Shown piece by piece: positions 26,090-38,560 of a stretch of 64,000 nt of DNA. Position 1 is the first letter of the stretch, and every line of letters starts with the position of its first letter. A model generated the notes under the pieces. That model did no database searches. It saw only the letters and a program-made list of their open reading frames with translations, and was not told the DNA's origin. This DNA comes from Macrostomum hystrix (Eukaryota; Animalia; Platyhelminthes). Position numbers and translations under genes: made by a program. The DNA is taken from assembly GCA_950097015.1 (NCBI GenBank), contig CATNEN010000039.1, positions 14,136,001-14,200,000 on the forward strand. Direction: 5' to 3'.

Positions 26090-27011
26090 GACTGCTGGCA
26101 TGACCCAGCGGTCCACTGCTACACTGACGGCTCTCTGATGAACGGTAATTCGGGATTCGGGGTGTGCGTCGCCTCGGGTGGTGAGGTCCTCTGGACCCAC
26201 TCCCAACACTGTGGCAACAGCTCAAGCGTTTTCCAAAACGAAATGCTCGCCATCAGTCTCTGTGCGGCTGAACTGCGCCAGAGGCAGCTGACTGGACGAA
26301 GGATTTTCTTTCACACCGACAGTCAAGCAGCTCTCAAGGCCCTCAGCCGCTGCACCTCTCGTTCCAGAACCACCTTAGACTGCCACACCCAGTTAAACGG
26401 ATTGGCACAGTCTAACAAGGTGGAGCTGACGTGGATCCCTGGGCACGCCGGGCTCACAGGGAATGAGATGGCGGACCAGCTTGCAAAGGCTGGAGCAGCC
26501 AGCTCCCTGATGTGCCCGGGCCCGAAGGCCCCGATCCCTATTTCTGTGGTCAACTCCAACATCAACCGCTGGATGGAGACCCAACACCGATGGAGGTGGT
26601 CTAGCACCCTGAACTGTCGCCAGTCCAGGGCTGCGGTGCCAACCCCCTCTAGTAACCTGCGTAAAGCCTTGCTTTAGGCTAAATCGCAGAGACCTGAGAG
26701 CAGTCACCATGGCCCTCTCGGGACATGGCTGCTTCACCAGACACCGCTACCTCCAAGGCCACGTGCCTGAGGAAACGTGTCCCTTCTGTTGCTCCGGACG
26801 TGAAAACGCCGAGCATTTCATCTGCCACTGCCCGGCCTTCACCCGGGCTAGGCTAAAACATCTCGGGCCGGTGCCGACCCTAGTCGAAGCCTGCTCGCCC
26901 GAGAGCATTCCACAGCTCGCCCACTTCCTCCACGATACCGGCCGAGCTGATTTCTTCCCAGCCTATGGCGAGGGAGATCGCGCGGCGGAACCGACCGACG
27001 GACCACCCTGA
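26090..27011 (+). mobile_element. 3' portion of an RNase H-bearing non-LTR retrotransposon (I/LOA/R1 group)
   Basis: YTDGS, SVFQNEMLAI, TDSQAALKAL, WIPGHAGLTGNEMADQLAK RNase H motifs, then GHG and CPFC..E.AEHFICHCP zinc knuckle; internal stop at 26675-26677. Confidence 0.9.
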
Positions 27012-27589
27012 GCGGCACCGCCTCGCTGGAGGCCGTCCGGCTGCCAGGGGTTAGCGATATGGGCGGCACCGGCCGCCTCCTCGCTGCGTCCGTCAGAAAG
27101 TAATATCGTGGACTATGTGACTTTAATGCCAGTGGAAACCGCTTGTAAGGCTTTGAGCAAAAGATTAATTCTGCGTCCCTCTGTATATTAGGTCAAGTCA
27201 TAAGATTTAATCTAACTCCGGTCAATGATGCAATACGGTGATACGGTATATTTTACAGTGTATATACAAAAGTCTTTCCGTACAGAGAAAACAAAATGTG
27301 AAGAAAATAGCGAAAGGGACAGCCAAAGGGAACAGAAAATAATTATATACATGAAACTGCACTGAAGAGGCACTGAATTCTGCTGAGAAACATAAACACA
27401 TTTAATTTAACTAATTGCTGTCAGTTCATGCCGTAACTCTTAGAAACTAAGGGAACTAAAATGCATGCGATTCTGGCAGCGAAGGGCATCTCAGCTTAGC
27501 TGAGCTACACTAGAAACTAATACTCTGAAAAGCATTTTTGATGTATGCTCTTATACGCACTGGATATTACTTTCAGAGTTCGTCTATGG

Positions 27590-28216
27590 CAGGGGTCGGC
27601 AAACTCCGGCCCGCGGGCCAGATGCGGCCCTCGAAGCTCCCAAATCCGGCCCGTTGCCCCTTCTGACATCTACAGTGTCCTGTTTCATCTCTCTCGTGTC
27701 TAATCTCTCCCGTGTCTAATCTCTCCCGTGTCTAATCTCTTCCCTGTCTTATCTCTCCCGTGTCTAATCTCTTCCCTGTCTTATCTCTCCCGTGTCTAAT
27801 CTCTCCTGTGTCTAATTTCTCCCGTGTTTAATCTCTCCCGTGTCTAATCTCTCCCGTGTCTAATCTCTCCCATGTCTAATCTCTCCCGTGTCTCATCTCT
27901 CCCGTGTCTAATCTCTCCCGTGTCTAATCTCTTCCGTATCTAATCTCTTCCCTGTCTTATCTCTCCCGTGTCTCATCTCTCTCGTGTCCCATCTTTCCTG
28001 TGTCTAATCTCTCCCGTGTCTAATCTCTTCCGTATCTAATCTCTTCCCTGTCTTATCTCTCCCGTGTCTCATCTCTCTCGTGTCCCATCTTTCCTGTGTC
28101 TCATCTCTCCCGTGTCTCATCTCTCCCCTATCTCATATTTATACAGTCAATGCGGCCCGCTGTCGTCTTTTAGGCTCTCTCTTTGGCCCGCCAGAAAATA
28201 AGTTTGCCTACCCCTG
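27590..28216. mobile_element. hAT (Charlie-like) MITE carrying an internal 16-bp minisatellite
   Basis: Termini CAGGGGTCGGCAAAC / GTTTGCCTACCCCTG; GGCCCG subterminal motifs; 8-bp TSD GTCTATGG (27582-27589, 28217-28224); GTGTCTAATCTCTCCC array at ~27690-28130. Confidence 0.93.
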
Positions 28217-28617
28217 GTCTATGGCAGTCACGAGCCAATAGGAAGGAACGGGGGGGAACGGGATGTTAAAAGTGAAGATCAAGCGAAACAAAAATAACCG
28301 GCTCAGATTGGCACTCCATTCTATTCTTTCCTCCATGCCGAGTACTTGCCCATGCTTTATACACACCCAAATTCTGCATGCATGTTCTGCATTCTGAATG
28401 TAGCGACTTAAAAGAAACTGCTTTGCTTATTGAGTTTCAATACAGGCTTTACCCAACTCAATTGCGGCCCGTCATGACCTATTACTTTCTAGATCTACTG
28501 TGACTGCTAGTGTGGTCTATTTCTAACATTCTAAACCTGATAATTTTCCACTCTTCATGGGCCTTGAGAGATAGAGAGGAGGTCGAATTACAGGAAATGA
28601 GAGAGAGGAAGAGAGGA

Positions 28618-29138
28618 AGAGTGTGAGGGAGACAGGTAGAGTGTGAGGGAGACAGGTAGAGTGTGAGGGAGACAGGTAGAGTGTGAGGGAGACAGGTAGA
28701 GTGTGAGGGAGACAGGTAGAGTGTGAGGGAGACAGGTAGAGTGTGAGGGAGACAGGTAGAGTGTGAGGGAGACAGGTAGAGTGTGAGGGAGACAGGTAAG
28801 AGTGTGAGGGAGACAGGTAGAGTGTGAGGGAGACAGGTAGAGTGTGAGGGAGACAGGTAGAGTGTGAGGGAGACAGGTAGAGTGTGAGGGAGACAGGTAG
28901 AGTGTGAGGGAGACAGGTAGAGTGAAAGGAAGACAGGTAGAGTGTGAGGGAGACAGGTAGAGTGAAAGGAAGACAGGTAGAGTGTGAGGGAGACAGGTAG
29001 AGTGTGAGGGAGACAGGTAGAGTGTGAGGGAGACAGGTAGAGTGTGAGGGAGACAGGTAGAGTGTGAGGGAGACAGGTAGAGTGTGAGGGAGACAGGTAG
29101 AGTGTGAGGGAGACAGGTAGAGTGTGAGGGAGACAGGT
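28618..29138. repeat. 20-bp purine-rich minisatellite (GAGTGTGAGGGAGACAGGTA)
   Basis: About 26 tandem units. Confidence 0.96.
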
Positions 29139-29833
29139 ACAGTTGCTCATGACTGAGATGTGCCGGCTATGAGTGTACCATCGTATTGTCCGCTGGGTGC
29201 AGGAATGGCTGGCTAGCAAACCATGGCTGGCTAACAGGCTTGCCTAGCTGCGTCAGAGTTGGGTGGCGTGGACAGCAAGATGAGGCTCCGCCACCGCAGC
29301 GTTGCCTGCCGTGAGCGCAGTGGCCTTCTTTTCCCGCCCTCGCTGGTTGCTAGGCTGGTGCCGGCGGCGGCGGGCTTCTTCGGCCGGTTTTCGTTTCCTG
29401 ATCCAGGTGAACCGGAAGGGGCCGGCTGAAAGCAATGGCGCTGTCGATGGCAGAAGCCGGAAGGGCCGGGTTTGTAGCGGAGCTTCAGTCCCGGTTTCAA
29501 GGATGGCATTAGCAGAGGCCATAGCTGAAAGCAGGTGCGGGGTCTACTCGTGAGCGAGGTAAAAAAGCCTGACAGTGGCACCTTTTCCTCAGAGCCGAGG
29601 CCAGACGTACCTGAAAGATCAGGTGGGGTTGCCAAAGCATGCCCCGTACCCAATTTGGCCAGAGGCCCTGGATGGGTCGTCCAGCGCGGTTGCCTATTCT
29701 GTCCGGCTGCCCTAGTGAGATACTGTAATTGAACTATTTTAGCAGTATACTCATATAGCTCGTACAATAGTAGCGGACCTTAACGCTGTACTCCTTGCTA
29801 TTATTGATGCAATGGGAAATTATGCCCCATATA

Positions 29834-30802
29834 CGAGGTGCATTCAAAAAGTTCTTTTCGGTGCTCAGCAAAAATTAACAAAAAACCTATGGAACAATGA
29901 AAACATGATTAGGTCATTCAATGTCATTCGGTCACTCAACATATTCACCGCCAATGTCTTTGCACTTCTGCCAGCGATGCACCAGACCTCTGATTCCAGT
30001 ACCCACGCCTCTCGCGTCCGTTTCACGCACCGCACGTTGGCAAGCAGCTTTGATGTGCGCAACGCTGTCGAATCGAATCCCCCGAAGGTGCTTCTTCACA
30101 GATGGGAATAGGAAGAAGTCACAGGGTGACAAATCGGGCGAGTAGGGCGGACGAAAGAAGATTCTCTCCTTCTCGATGGAAACGGCGCAGGTGGTTGGTG
30201 GCGGCCAGAGCACGTTGCATCTTCTGCTCACCTGTCAGCAGGTGTGGCACCCACTTGCTGAATTTCTTCTGCAGGTTGAGACGCTCTGTCAGAATGGTGT
30301 GCACACTGCCAACTGACACTCCGACATCTTCTGACAGCTCTTCGCAAGTCAGTCGCCGATCATCATCCAGGAGCTCCTGCACTTTCTTCACCATGGTCTC
30401 GTTGGTGGCCGTCATCGGTCTTCCAGAGCGGTCGTTGTCCTCGACGCTCTCTCTGCCTTCAGCGAACAACCGGAACCACTTTCGAACAGTCTGTTCAGTT
30501 GGTGCACTGTCACCAAACACTTGCTGAAGCTCTCTAAACATCTCCGGAGGTTACTTTCCTTGCAGGAATTGGAAATCTTCATCAAGCTCCGAACGTCTTG
30601 CCTTGAAAAAGATTATGCCATGGCCAAGAAATAGAAGGGTAGCTTAAAAAATTGATTGTAGACACAGTCACCAGCTCAGGCTTAAAAACTCAGGAAGGTT
30701 TAGGCCATAAACTTAACTTGCAGCATTCGAAAAAAAATTGTTCTGTGTGTTATTTACAAAACAATGCCAAAGGACCGAAAATAACTTTTTGAATGCACCT
30801 CG
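29834..30802 (-). mobile_element. Internally deleted mariner transposon
   Basis: 29-bp TIR CGAGGTGCATTCAAAAAGTTMTTTTCGGT; TA TSD; transposase HTH region with WVPHLLT joined to PPYSPDLSPCDFFLF, catalytic core missing. Confidence 0.94.
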
Positions 30803-31328
30803 TACAGTACGGAATTGCAAAGAGAAAAAAGCACCACCTCTTTGAACATCTTGAACATTTTAGAACCTTTCCAAACTCCTAAATCGAAACAATAGAACAC
30901 CAAAATACTTTGAACAATCACTGAACCTTAGCTCATGCACCTAGTCACAGAAAACTGAACAAATACTGAACAACCGACCTGAGTTCCAATCAATCCGTGA
31001 GTTGATAAGTACCTGCTGCTTCTTGCGCTATATTTTTCAGAAGTGCAGTTCTGTTATATCAGATAGGCGAATGTAAGCAAAGATCACTATGGAGCTGCAA
31101 GTTGAGATCTCCAACTCCCTGATTTCTCTGATTACTACTGACTGATTATCATAAAATATCTTACGGTAGCTCGCCCATCTTAAACATCTCTGGTCTTCGA
31201 TCTCTAACAAAATTGTTGCCTTCATATGTTTTCTAATCGTAGGCCATATTTAGAGTTCTGATTTTATTTCAGATTTTTATCTACTCAAAAAAGTGAAGTC
31301 ATTGTGATACTAATTTGAGCAGTAAGTT

Positions 31329-31840
31329 TTAAACATTTGTAATCAACAACAAAAACAACGGCGCCAAGTAAGCAGCATTGCTAGCAGCAGTCGTGGCTGC
31401 ACGCGCAGCAGTCGTGGCTGCACGCGCAGCAGTCGTGGCTGCACGCGCAACAGTCGTGGCTGCACGCGCAGCAGTCGTGGTTGCAGGCGGAGGGTACATT
31501 CGTAATGTACTACAGTTAGATTTCGCTGCGTTTGGTGTACATTCGTAGCGTTCAATTTTCCGGTGCTTCTTGACTGAGTAGTAGTTGTGCATCATGTTGA
31601 CATAAATTTCACAGCCGATAAGTGTAATTAAGTCCCCTCTTTGATGCTCTATGAAGTCCAATTTAAAGCACTTTTCTGATGGAGGGCAAAAACTTTCAGT
31701 TAGTTTGTTTAAACCAGCATCTTCTTCATACCTTTTTATGTAGTGAAGGCATGGTACCAGATCACGTTCTAGATCGTTGGTCAAGTTAAATACACTCGCT
31801 TTATTGCAGTTATCACCCGTGCAGTCTTTGCAATATTTTG
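31329..31840 (-). pseudogene. Paralogue C of the LU-like family, 5'-truncated (exon 2 only)
   Basis: Open frame from KYCKDCTGDNCN through domain 2, 5 stalk units and a hydrophobic tail; homology stops at 31840 where the 17-bp satellite begins; no exon 1 or acceptor seen. Confidence 0.78.
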
Positions 31841-31842
31841 CA

Positions 31843-34800
31843 AGTCTTCGGTATCTAACTGTATTGGGTGTCTAACAGACTTTGGTGTCTAACAGTCTTG
31901 AGTGTCTAACAGTCTTGAGTGTCTAACAGTCTTGAGTGTCTAACAGTCTTGAGTGTCTAACAGTCTTGAGTGTCTAACAGTCTTGAGTGTCTAACAGTCT
32001 TGAGTGTCTAACAGTCTTGAGTGTCTAACAGTCTTGGGTGTCTAACAGTCTTCGGTATCTAACTGTATTGGGTGTCTAACAGACTTTGGTGTCTAACAGT
32101 CTTGAGTGTCTAACAGTCTTGAGTGTCTAACAGTCTTGAGTGTCTAACAGTCTTGAGTGTCTAACAGTCTTGAGTGTCCAACAGTCTGGAGTGTCCAACA
32201 GTCTTAAGTGTCCAACAGTCTTGAGTGTCTAACAGTCTTGTGTGTCCAACAGTCTTGTGTGTCTAACAGTCTTGAGTGTCTAACAGTCTTGAGTGTCTAA
32301 CAGTCTTGAGTGTCTAACAGTCTTGAGTGTCTAACAGTCTTGAGTGTCTAACAGTCTTGAGTGTCTAACAGTCTTGAGTGTCTAACAGTCTTGAGTGTCT
32401 AACAGTCTTGGGTGTCTAACAGTCTTGAGTGTCTAACAGTCTGGAGTGTCCAACAGTCTTCGGTATCTAACTGTATTGGGTGTCTAACAGACTTCGGTGT
32501 CTAACAGTCTTGGGTGTCTAACAGTCTTGAGTGTCTAACAGTCTTGGGTGTCTAACAGTCTTGAGTGTCTAACAGTCTTGAGTGTCTAACAGTCTTGAGT
32601 GTCTAACAGTCTTGAGTGTCTAACAGTCTTGAGTGTCTAACAGTCTTGAGTGTCCAACAGTCTTCGGTATCTAACTGTATTAAGTGTCTAACAGACTTTG
32701 GTGTCTAACAGTCTTGGGTGTCTAACAGTCTTGGGTGTCCAACAGTCTTGGGTATCTAACTGTATTGGGTGTCTAACAGACTTTGGTGTCTAACAGTCTT
32801 GAGTGTCTAACAGTCTTGAGTGTCTAACAGTCTTGAGTGTCTAACAGTCTTGAGTGTCTAACAGTCTTGAGTGTCTAACAGTCTTGAGTGTCTAACAGTC
32901 TTGAGTGTCTAACAGTCTTGGGTGTCTAACAGTCTTGGGTGTCTAACAGTCTTGAGTGTCTAACAGTCTTGGGTGTCTAACAGTCTTGGGTGTCTAACAG
33001 TCTTGGGTGTCTAACAGTCTTGGGTGTCTAACAGTCTTGAGTGTCTAACAGTCTTCGGTATCTAACTGTATTGGGTGTCTAACAGACTTGGGTGTCTAAC
33101 AGTCTTGAGTGTCTAACAGTCTTGGGTGTCTAACAGTCTTGTTAGTTAGTTGGGTGTCTTAACAGTCTTGTCTTCGGTATCTAACTGTATTGGGTGTCTA
33201 ACAGACTTTGGTGTCTAACAGTCTTGAGTGTCTAACAGTCTTGAGTGTCTAACAGTCTTGAGTGTCTAACAGTCTTGAGTGTCTAACAGTCTTGAGTGTC
33301 TAACAGTCTTGAGTGTCTAACAGTCTTGAGTGTCTAACAGTCTTAAGTGTCCAACAGTCTTGTGTGTCTAACAGTCTTGTGTGTCCAACAGTCTTGTGTG
33401 TCTAACAGTCTTGAGTGTCTAACAGTCTTGGGTGTCTAACAGTCTTGAGTGTCTAACAGTCTTGAGTGTCTAACAGTCTTGAGTGTCTAACAGTCTTGAG
33501 TGTCTAACAGTCTTGAGTGTCTAACAGTCTGGAGTGTCCAACAGTCTTCGGTATCTAACTGTATTGGGTGTCTAACAGACTTCGGTGTCTAACAGTCTTG
33601 GGTGTCTAACAGTCTTGAGTGTCTAACAGTCTTGAGTGTCTAACAGTCTTGAGTGTCTAACAGTCTTGAGTGTCCAACAGTCTTCGGTATCTAACTGTAT
33701 TAAGTGTCTAACAGACTTTGGTGTCTAACAGTCTTGGGTGTCTAACAGTCTTGGGTGTCCAACAGTCTTGGGTATCTAACTGTATTGGGTGTCTAACAGA
33801 CTTTGGTGTCTAACAGTCTTGAGTGTCTAACAGTCTTGAGTGTCTAACAGTCTTGAGTGTCTAACAGTCTTGAGTGTCTAACAGTCTTGAGTGTCTAACA
33901 GTCTTGAGTGTCTAACAGTCTTGAGTGTCTAACAGTCTTGGGTGTCTAACAGTCTTGGGTGTCTAACAGTCTTGAGTGTCTAACAGTCTTGGGTGTCTAA
34001 CAGTCTTGGGTGTCTAACAGTCTTGGGTGTCTAACAGTCTTGGGTGTCTAACAGTCTTGAGTGTCTAACAGTCTTCGGTATCTAACTGTATTGGGTGTCT
34101 AACAGACTTGGGTGTCTAACAGTCTTGAGTGTCTAACAGTCTTGGGTGTCTAACAGTCTTCGGTATCTAACTGTATTGGGTGTCTAACAGACTTTGGTGT
34201 CTAACAGTCTTGAGTGTCTAACAGTCTTGAGTGTCTAACAGTCTTGAGTGTCTAACAGTCTTGAGTGTCTAACAGTCTTGAGTGTCTAACAGTCTTGAGT
34301 GTCTAACAGTCTTGAGTGTCTAACAGTCTTGAGTGTCTAACAGTCTTGAGTGTCTAACAGTCTTGAGTGTCTAACAGTCTTGAGTGTCTAACAGTCTTGA
34401 GTGTCTAACAGTCTTGAGTGTCTAACAGTCTTGAGTGTCTAACAGTCTTCGGTATCTAACAGTCTTGAGTGTCTAACAGTCTTGAGTGTCTAACAGTCTT
34501 GAGTGTCTAACAGTCTTGAGTGTCTAACAGTCTTGAGTGTCTAACAGTCTTGGGTGTCTAACAGTCTTGAGTGTCCAACAGTCTTGAGTGTCTAACAGTC
34601 TTGAGTGTCTAACAGTCTTGAGTGTCTAACAGTCTTGAGTGTCTAACAGACTTTGGTGTCTAACAGTCTTGAGTGTCCAACAGACTTTGGTGTCTAACAG
34701 TCTTGAGTGTCCAACAGTCTTGGGTGTCTAACAGTCTTGAGTGTCTAACAGTCTTGAGTGTCTAACAGTCTTGAGTGTCTAACAGTCTTGAGTGTCTAAC

Positions 34801-35438
34801 AGTCTTGAGTGTCTAACAGTCTTGAGTGTCTAACAGTCTTGAGTGTCTAACAGTCTTGAGTGTCTAACAGTCTTGAGTGTCTAACAGTCTTGAGTGTCTA
34901 ACAGTCTTGAGTGTCTAACAGTCTTGGGTGTCTAACAGTCTTGAGTGTCTAACAGTCTTGGGTGTCTAACAGTCTTGAGTGTCTAACAGTCTTGAGTGTC
35001 TAACAGTCTTGAGTGTCTAACAGTCTTGAGTGTCTAACAGTCTTGGGTGTCTAACAGTCTTGAGTGTCTAACAGTCTTGAGTGTCTAACAGTCTTGAGTG
35101 TCTAACAGTCTTGAGTGTCTAACAGTCTTGAGTGTCTAACAGTCTTGAGTGTCTAACAGTCTTGGGTGTCTAACAGTCTTGAGTGTCTAACAGTCTTGAG
35201 TGTCTAACAGTCTTGAGTGTCTAACAGTCTTGAGTGTCTAACAGTCTTGGGTGTCTAACAGTCTTGAGTGTCTAACAGTCTTGAGTGTCTAACAGTCTTG
35301 AGTGTCTAACAGTCTTGAGTGTCTAACAGTCTTGAGTGTCTAACAGTCTTGAGTATCTAACAGTCTTGAGTGTCCAACAGTCTTGAGTGTCTAACAGTCT
35401 TGAGTGTCTAACAGTCTGGAGTGTCTAACAGTCTAACA
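31843..35438. repeat. 3.6-kb 17-bp satellite (GTCTAACAGTCTTGAGT) with higher-order structure
   Basis: More than 200 units; recurring variant block CTTCGGTATCTAACTGTATTGGG. Confidence 0.97.
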
Positions 35439-35439
35439 A

Positions 35440-35725
35440 GTAAAGGCTTGATTCAAACTAGCGTGTTTAGAAAAGCTAGCTTCACTGGTCTCATGCTAAG
35501 GTTTGATGCCCTCTGCCCTAGACAATGGAAAGACGGTTTGGTGCAGTGCTTTCTCCAAAGAGCTTTTCTGATTTGCAGTTCCTGGAAGCTTTTTCATGAT
35601 GAACTGGAGCAGCTTACTCGGCTGTTCATGATGAATGGATACCCTCGTGACCATATTTCCAACATCATTAATAGGTTTCTCTGCAAGAAGTTCACTGGTC
35701 AAAATTATACTCAGAAGAAAAATCT
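35440..35725 (+). mobile_element. Penelope-like retroelement fragment (RT thumb/linker)
   Basis: TSVFRK..FTGL.L.F...CP..WK......RAFLICSS....ELE.L...F..NGYP matches the post-RT motif of PLE polyproteins. Confidence 0.82.
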
Positions 35726-35990
35726 CACTTTTACTCTTATTTTACTCTTATTTTACTCTTATTTTACTCTTATTTTACTCTTATTTTACTCTTATTTTAG
35801 ACCAGGACCGACAGGCCGAAAAGCGCGGTGTTCTTTCTGACACGAGGTGCGGCGACATCGATGAGATGGACGCTTTTCAGCGGCTTGATTTTTTGCCGGC
35901 ATGGGAAAGTTTTCGAGCTGAGGTAAAAAAATCCGGATGTCGTATCTCGGCATGCACTGAACACAGCTATTCTGAAAGAAGACATTTACT

Positions 35991-36725
35991 TGTTGACAAT
36001 GATCCCCCAGTTGACAATAATCCCCCAGTTGACCACGATCCGACAGTTGACAATGATCCCCAGTTGAGAATGATCCCCCAGTTGACAATGATCCCCCAGT
36101 TGACAATGATCCCCCAGTTGAGAATGATCCCCCAGTTGACAATGATCCCCCAATTGACAATGATCCCCAGTTGACAATGATCCCCCAGCTAACAATGATC
36201 ACCCATTTGACAATGATCACCCATTTGATGATGACTCCCCATTGACGATGATCCCCAGTTCTCAATGCTCCCCCAGTTGACAATCATCTCCCATTTGATG
36301 ATGACTCCCCATTGATGATGATCCCCAGTTGACAATGATCCCCCAGTATGCCAGGATCCCCCAGTTGACCATGATCCCCCATTTGATGATTATCCCCCAG
36401 TTGACAATGATCCCCCCAGTTTAAACTGATCCCCCAGCTGACAATGATCTCCCCATTTGATGATGACTCCCCAGTTGACAATGATCCCCCAGTTGAGAAT
36501 GATCCCCAGTTGACAATGATCCCCCAGTTGACAATGATCACCCAGTTGACAATGATCCCCCAGTTCGCCAGGATCCCCCAGTTGACCATGATCCCCCAGT
36601 TGACAATGTTCCCCCAGTTGACAATGATCCCCCAGTTGACAATGATCCCCCAGTTGATCATGATCCCCTATTTGACGATGAGTCCCCATTGATGATGATC
36701 CCCAGTTGACAATGATCCTCAGTTG
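35991..36725. repeat. 18-bp minisatellite (GTTGACAATGATCCCCCA)
   Basis: Degenerate tandem array. Confidence 0.92.
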
Positions 36726-36880
36726 AATTTTTATATTAGCTGCTTTTATAGAAAATTGAGAAGAACAACATTAAATATTATTAGAGAAAATTATTATCAT
36801 ACAAATCATATCATTATGACGTAAAAGGATAACAAAACTTGTATGTAAAGAACTAGATTCAATGACAAAAGAAAAAAATT

Positions 36881-38560
36881 GCCATGATTCAAACTCTGGT
36901 TTAGCCATGATTAAAACTCTGGTTTAGCCATGATTCAAACTCTGGTTTAGCCATGATTCAAACTCTGGTTTAGCCATGATTCAAACTCTGGTTTAGCCAT
37001 GATTCAAACTCTGGTTTAGCCATGATTCAAACTCTGGGTTAGCCATGATTCAAACGCTGGTTTAGCCATGATTCAAACTCTGGTTTAGCCATGATTCAGA
37101 CTCTGGTTGGCTATGATTCAAACTCTGGTTTAACCATGATTCAGACTCTGGTTGGCTATGATTCAAACTCTGGTTGGCTATGATTCAAACTCTGGTTTAA
37201 CCATGATTCAGACTCTGGTTGGCTATGATTCAAACTCTGGTTGGCTATGATTCAAACTCTGGTTTAACCATGATTCAAACGATGGGTTAGCCATGATTCA
37301 AACTCTGGTTTAGCCATGATTCAAACGATGGGTTAGCCATGATTCAAACGCTGGTTTAGCCATGATTCAAACGCTGGGTTAGCCATGATTCAAACGCTGG
37401 GTTAGCCATGATCCAAACTCTGGTTTAGCCATGATTCAGACTCTGGTTTAGCCATGATTCAGACTCTGGTTTAGCCATGATTCAAACTCTGGTTGGCTAT
37501 GATTCAAACTCTGGTTGGCTATGATTCAAACTCTGGTTTAACCATGATTCAGACTCTGGTTGGCTATGATTCAAACTCTGGTTGGCTATGATTCAAACTC
37601 TGGTTTAACCATGATTCAAACGCTGGTTTAGCCATGATTCAAACGCTGGGTTAGCCATGATCCAAACTCTGGTTTAGCCATGATTTGAGCTCTGGTTTAG
37701 CCATGATTCAGACTCTGGTTTAGCCATGATCCAAACTCTGGTTTAGCCATGATTTGAGCTCTGGTTTAGCCATGATTCAGACTCTGGTTTAGCCATGATT
37801 CAGACTCTGGTTTAGCCATGATTCAAACTCTGGTTGGCTATGATTCAAACTCTGGTTTAACCATGATTCAGACTCTGGTTGGCTATGATTCAAACTCTGG
37901 TTGGCTATGATTCAAACTCTGGTTTAACCATGATTCAAACGCTGGTTTAGCCATGATTCAAACGCTGGGTTAGCCATGATCCAAACTCTGGTTGGCTATG
38001 ATTCAAACTCTGTTTTAGCCATGATTCAGACTCTGGTTTAGCCATGATTCAGACTCTGGTTTAGCCATGATTCAGACTCTGGTTTAGCCATGATTCAGAC
38101 TCTGGTGTAGCCATGATTCAGACTCTGGTTTAGCCATGATTCAAACTCTGGTTTAGCATTCAGACTCTGGTTTAGCCATGATTCAGACTCTGGTTTAGCC
38201 ATGATTCAAACTCTGGTTGGCTATGATTCAAACTCTGTTTTAGCCATGATTCGGACTCTGGTTTAGCCATGATTCAGACTCTGGTGTAGCCATGATTCAG
38301 ACTCTGGTTTAGCCATGATTCAAACTCTGGTTGGCTATGATTCAAACTCTGTTTTAGCCATGATTCGGACTCTGGTTTAGCCATGATTCAGACTCTGGTG
38401 TAGCCATGATTCAGACTCTGGTTTAGCCATGATTCAGACTCTGGTTTAGCCATGATTCAGACTCTGGTTTAGCCATGATTCAAACTCTGGTTGGCTATGA
38501 TTCAAACTCTGTTTTAGCCATGATTCAGACGCTGGTGTAGCCATGATTCAGACTCTGGTT
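36881..38560. repeat. 22-23-bp minisatellite (GCCATGATTCAAACTCTGGTTTA)
   Basis: 1.7-kb tandem array with variant blocks. Confidence 0.96.

Noticed and set aside
27360-27400. Hammerhead-like CTGAAGA...GAAA (weaker case at ~5082-5110)
   Set aside because: Stem II junction imperfect; no convincing stems I and III or NUH site
734-38560. Regular 17-33-bp repeats resembling CRISPR arrays
   Set aside because: No unique spacers and no cas genes; eukaryotic context
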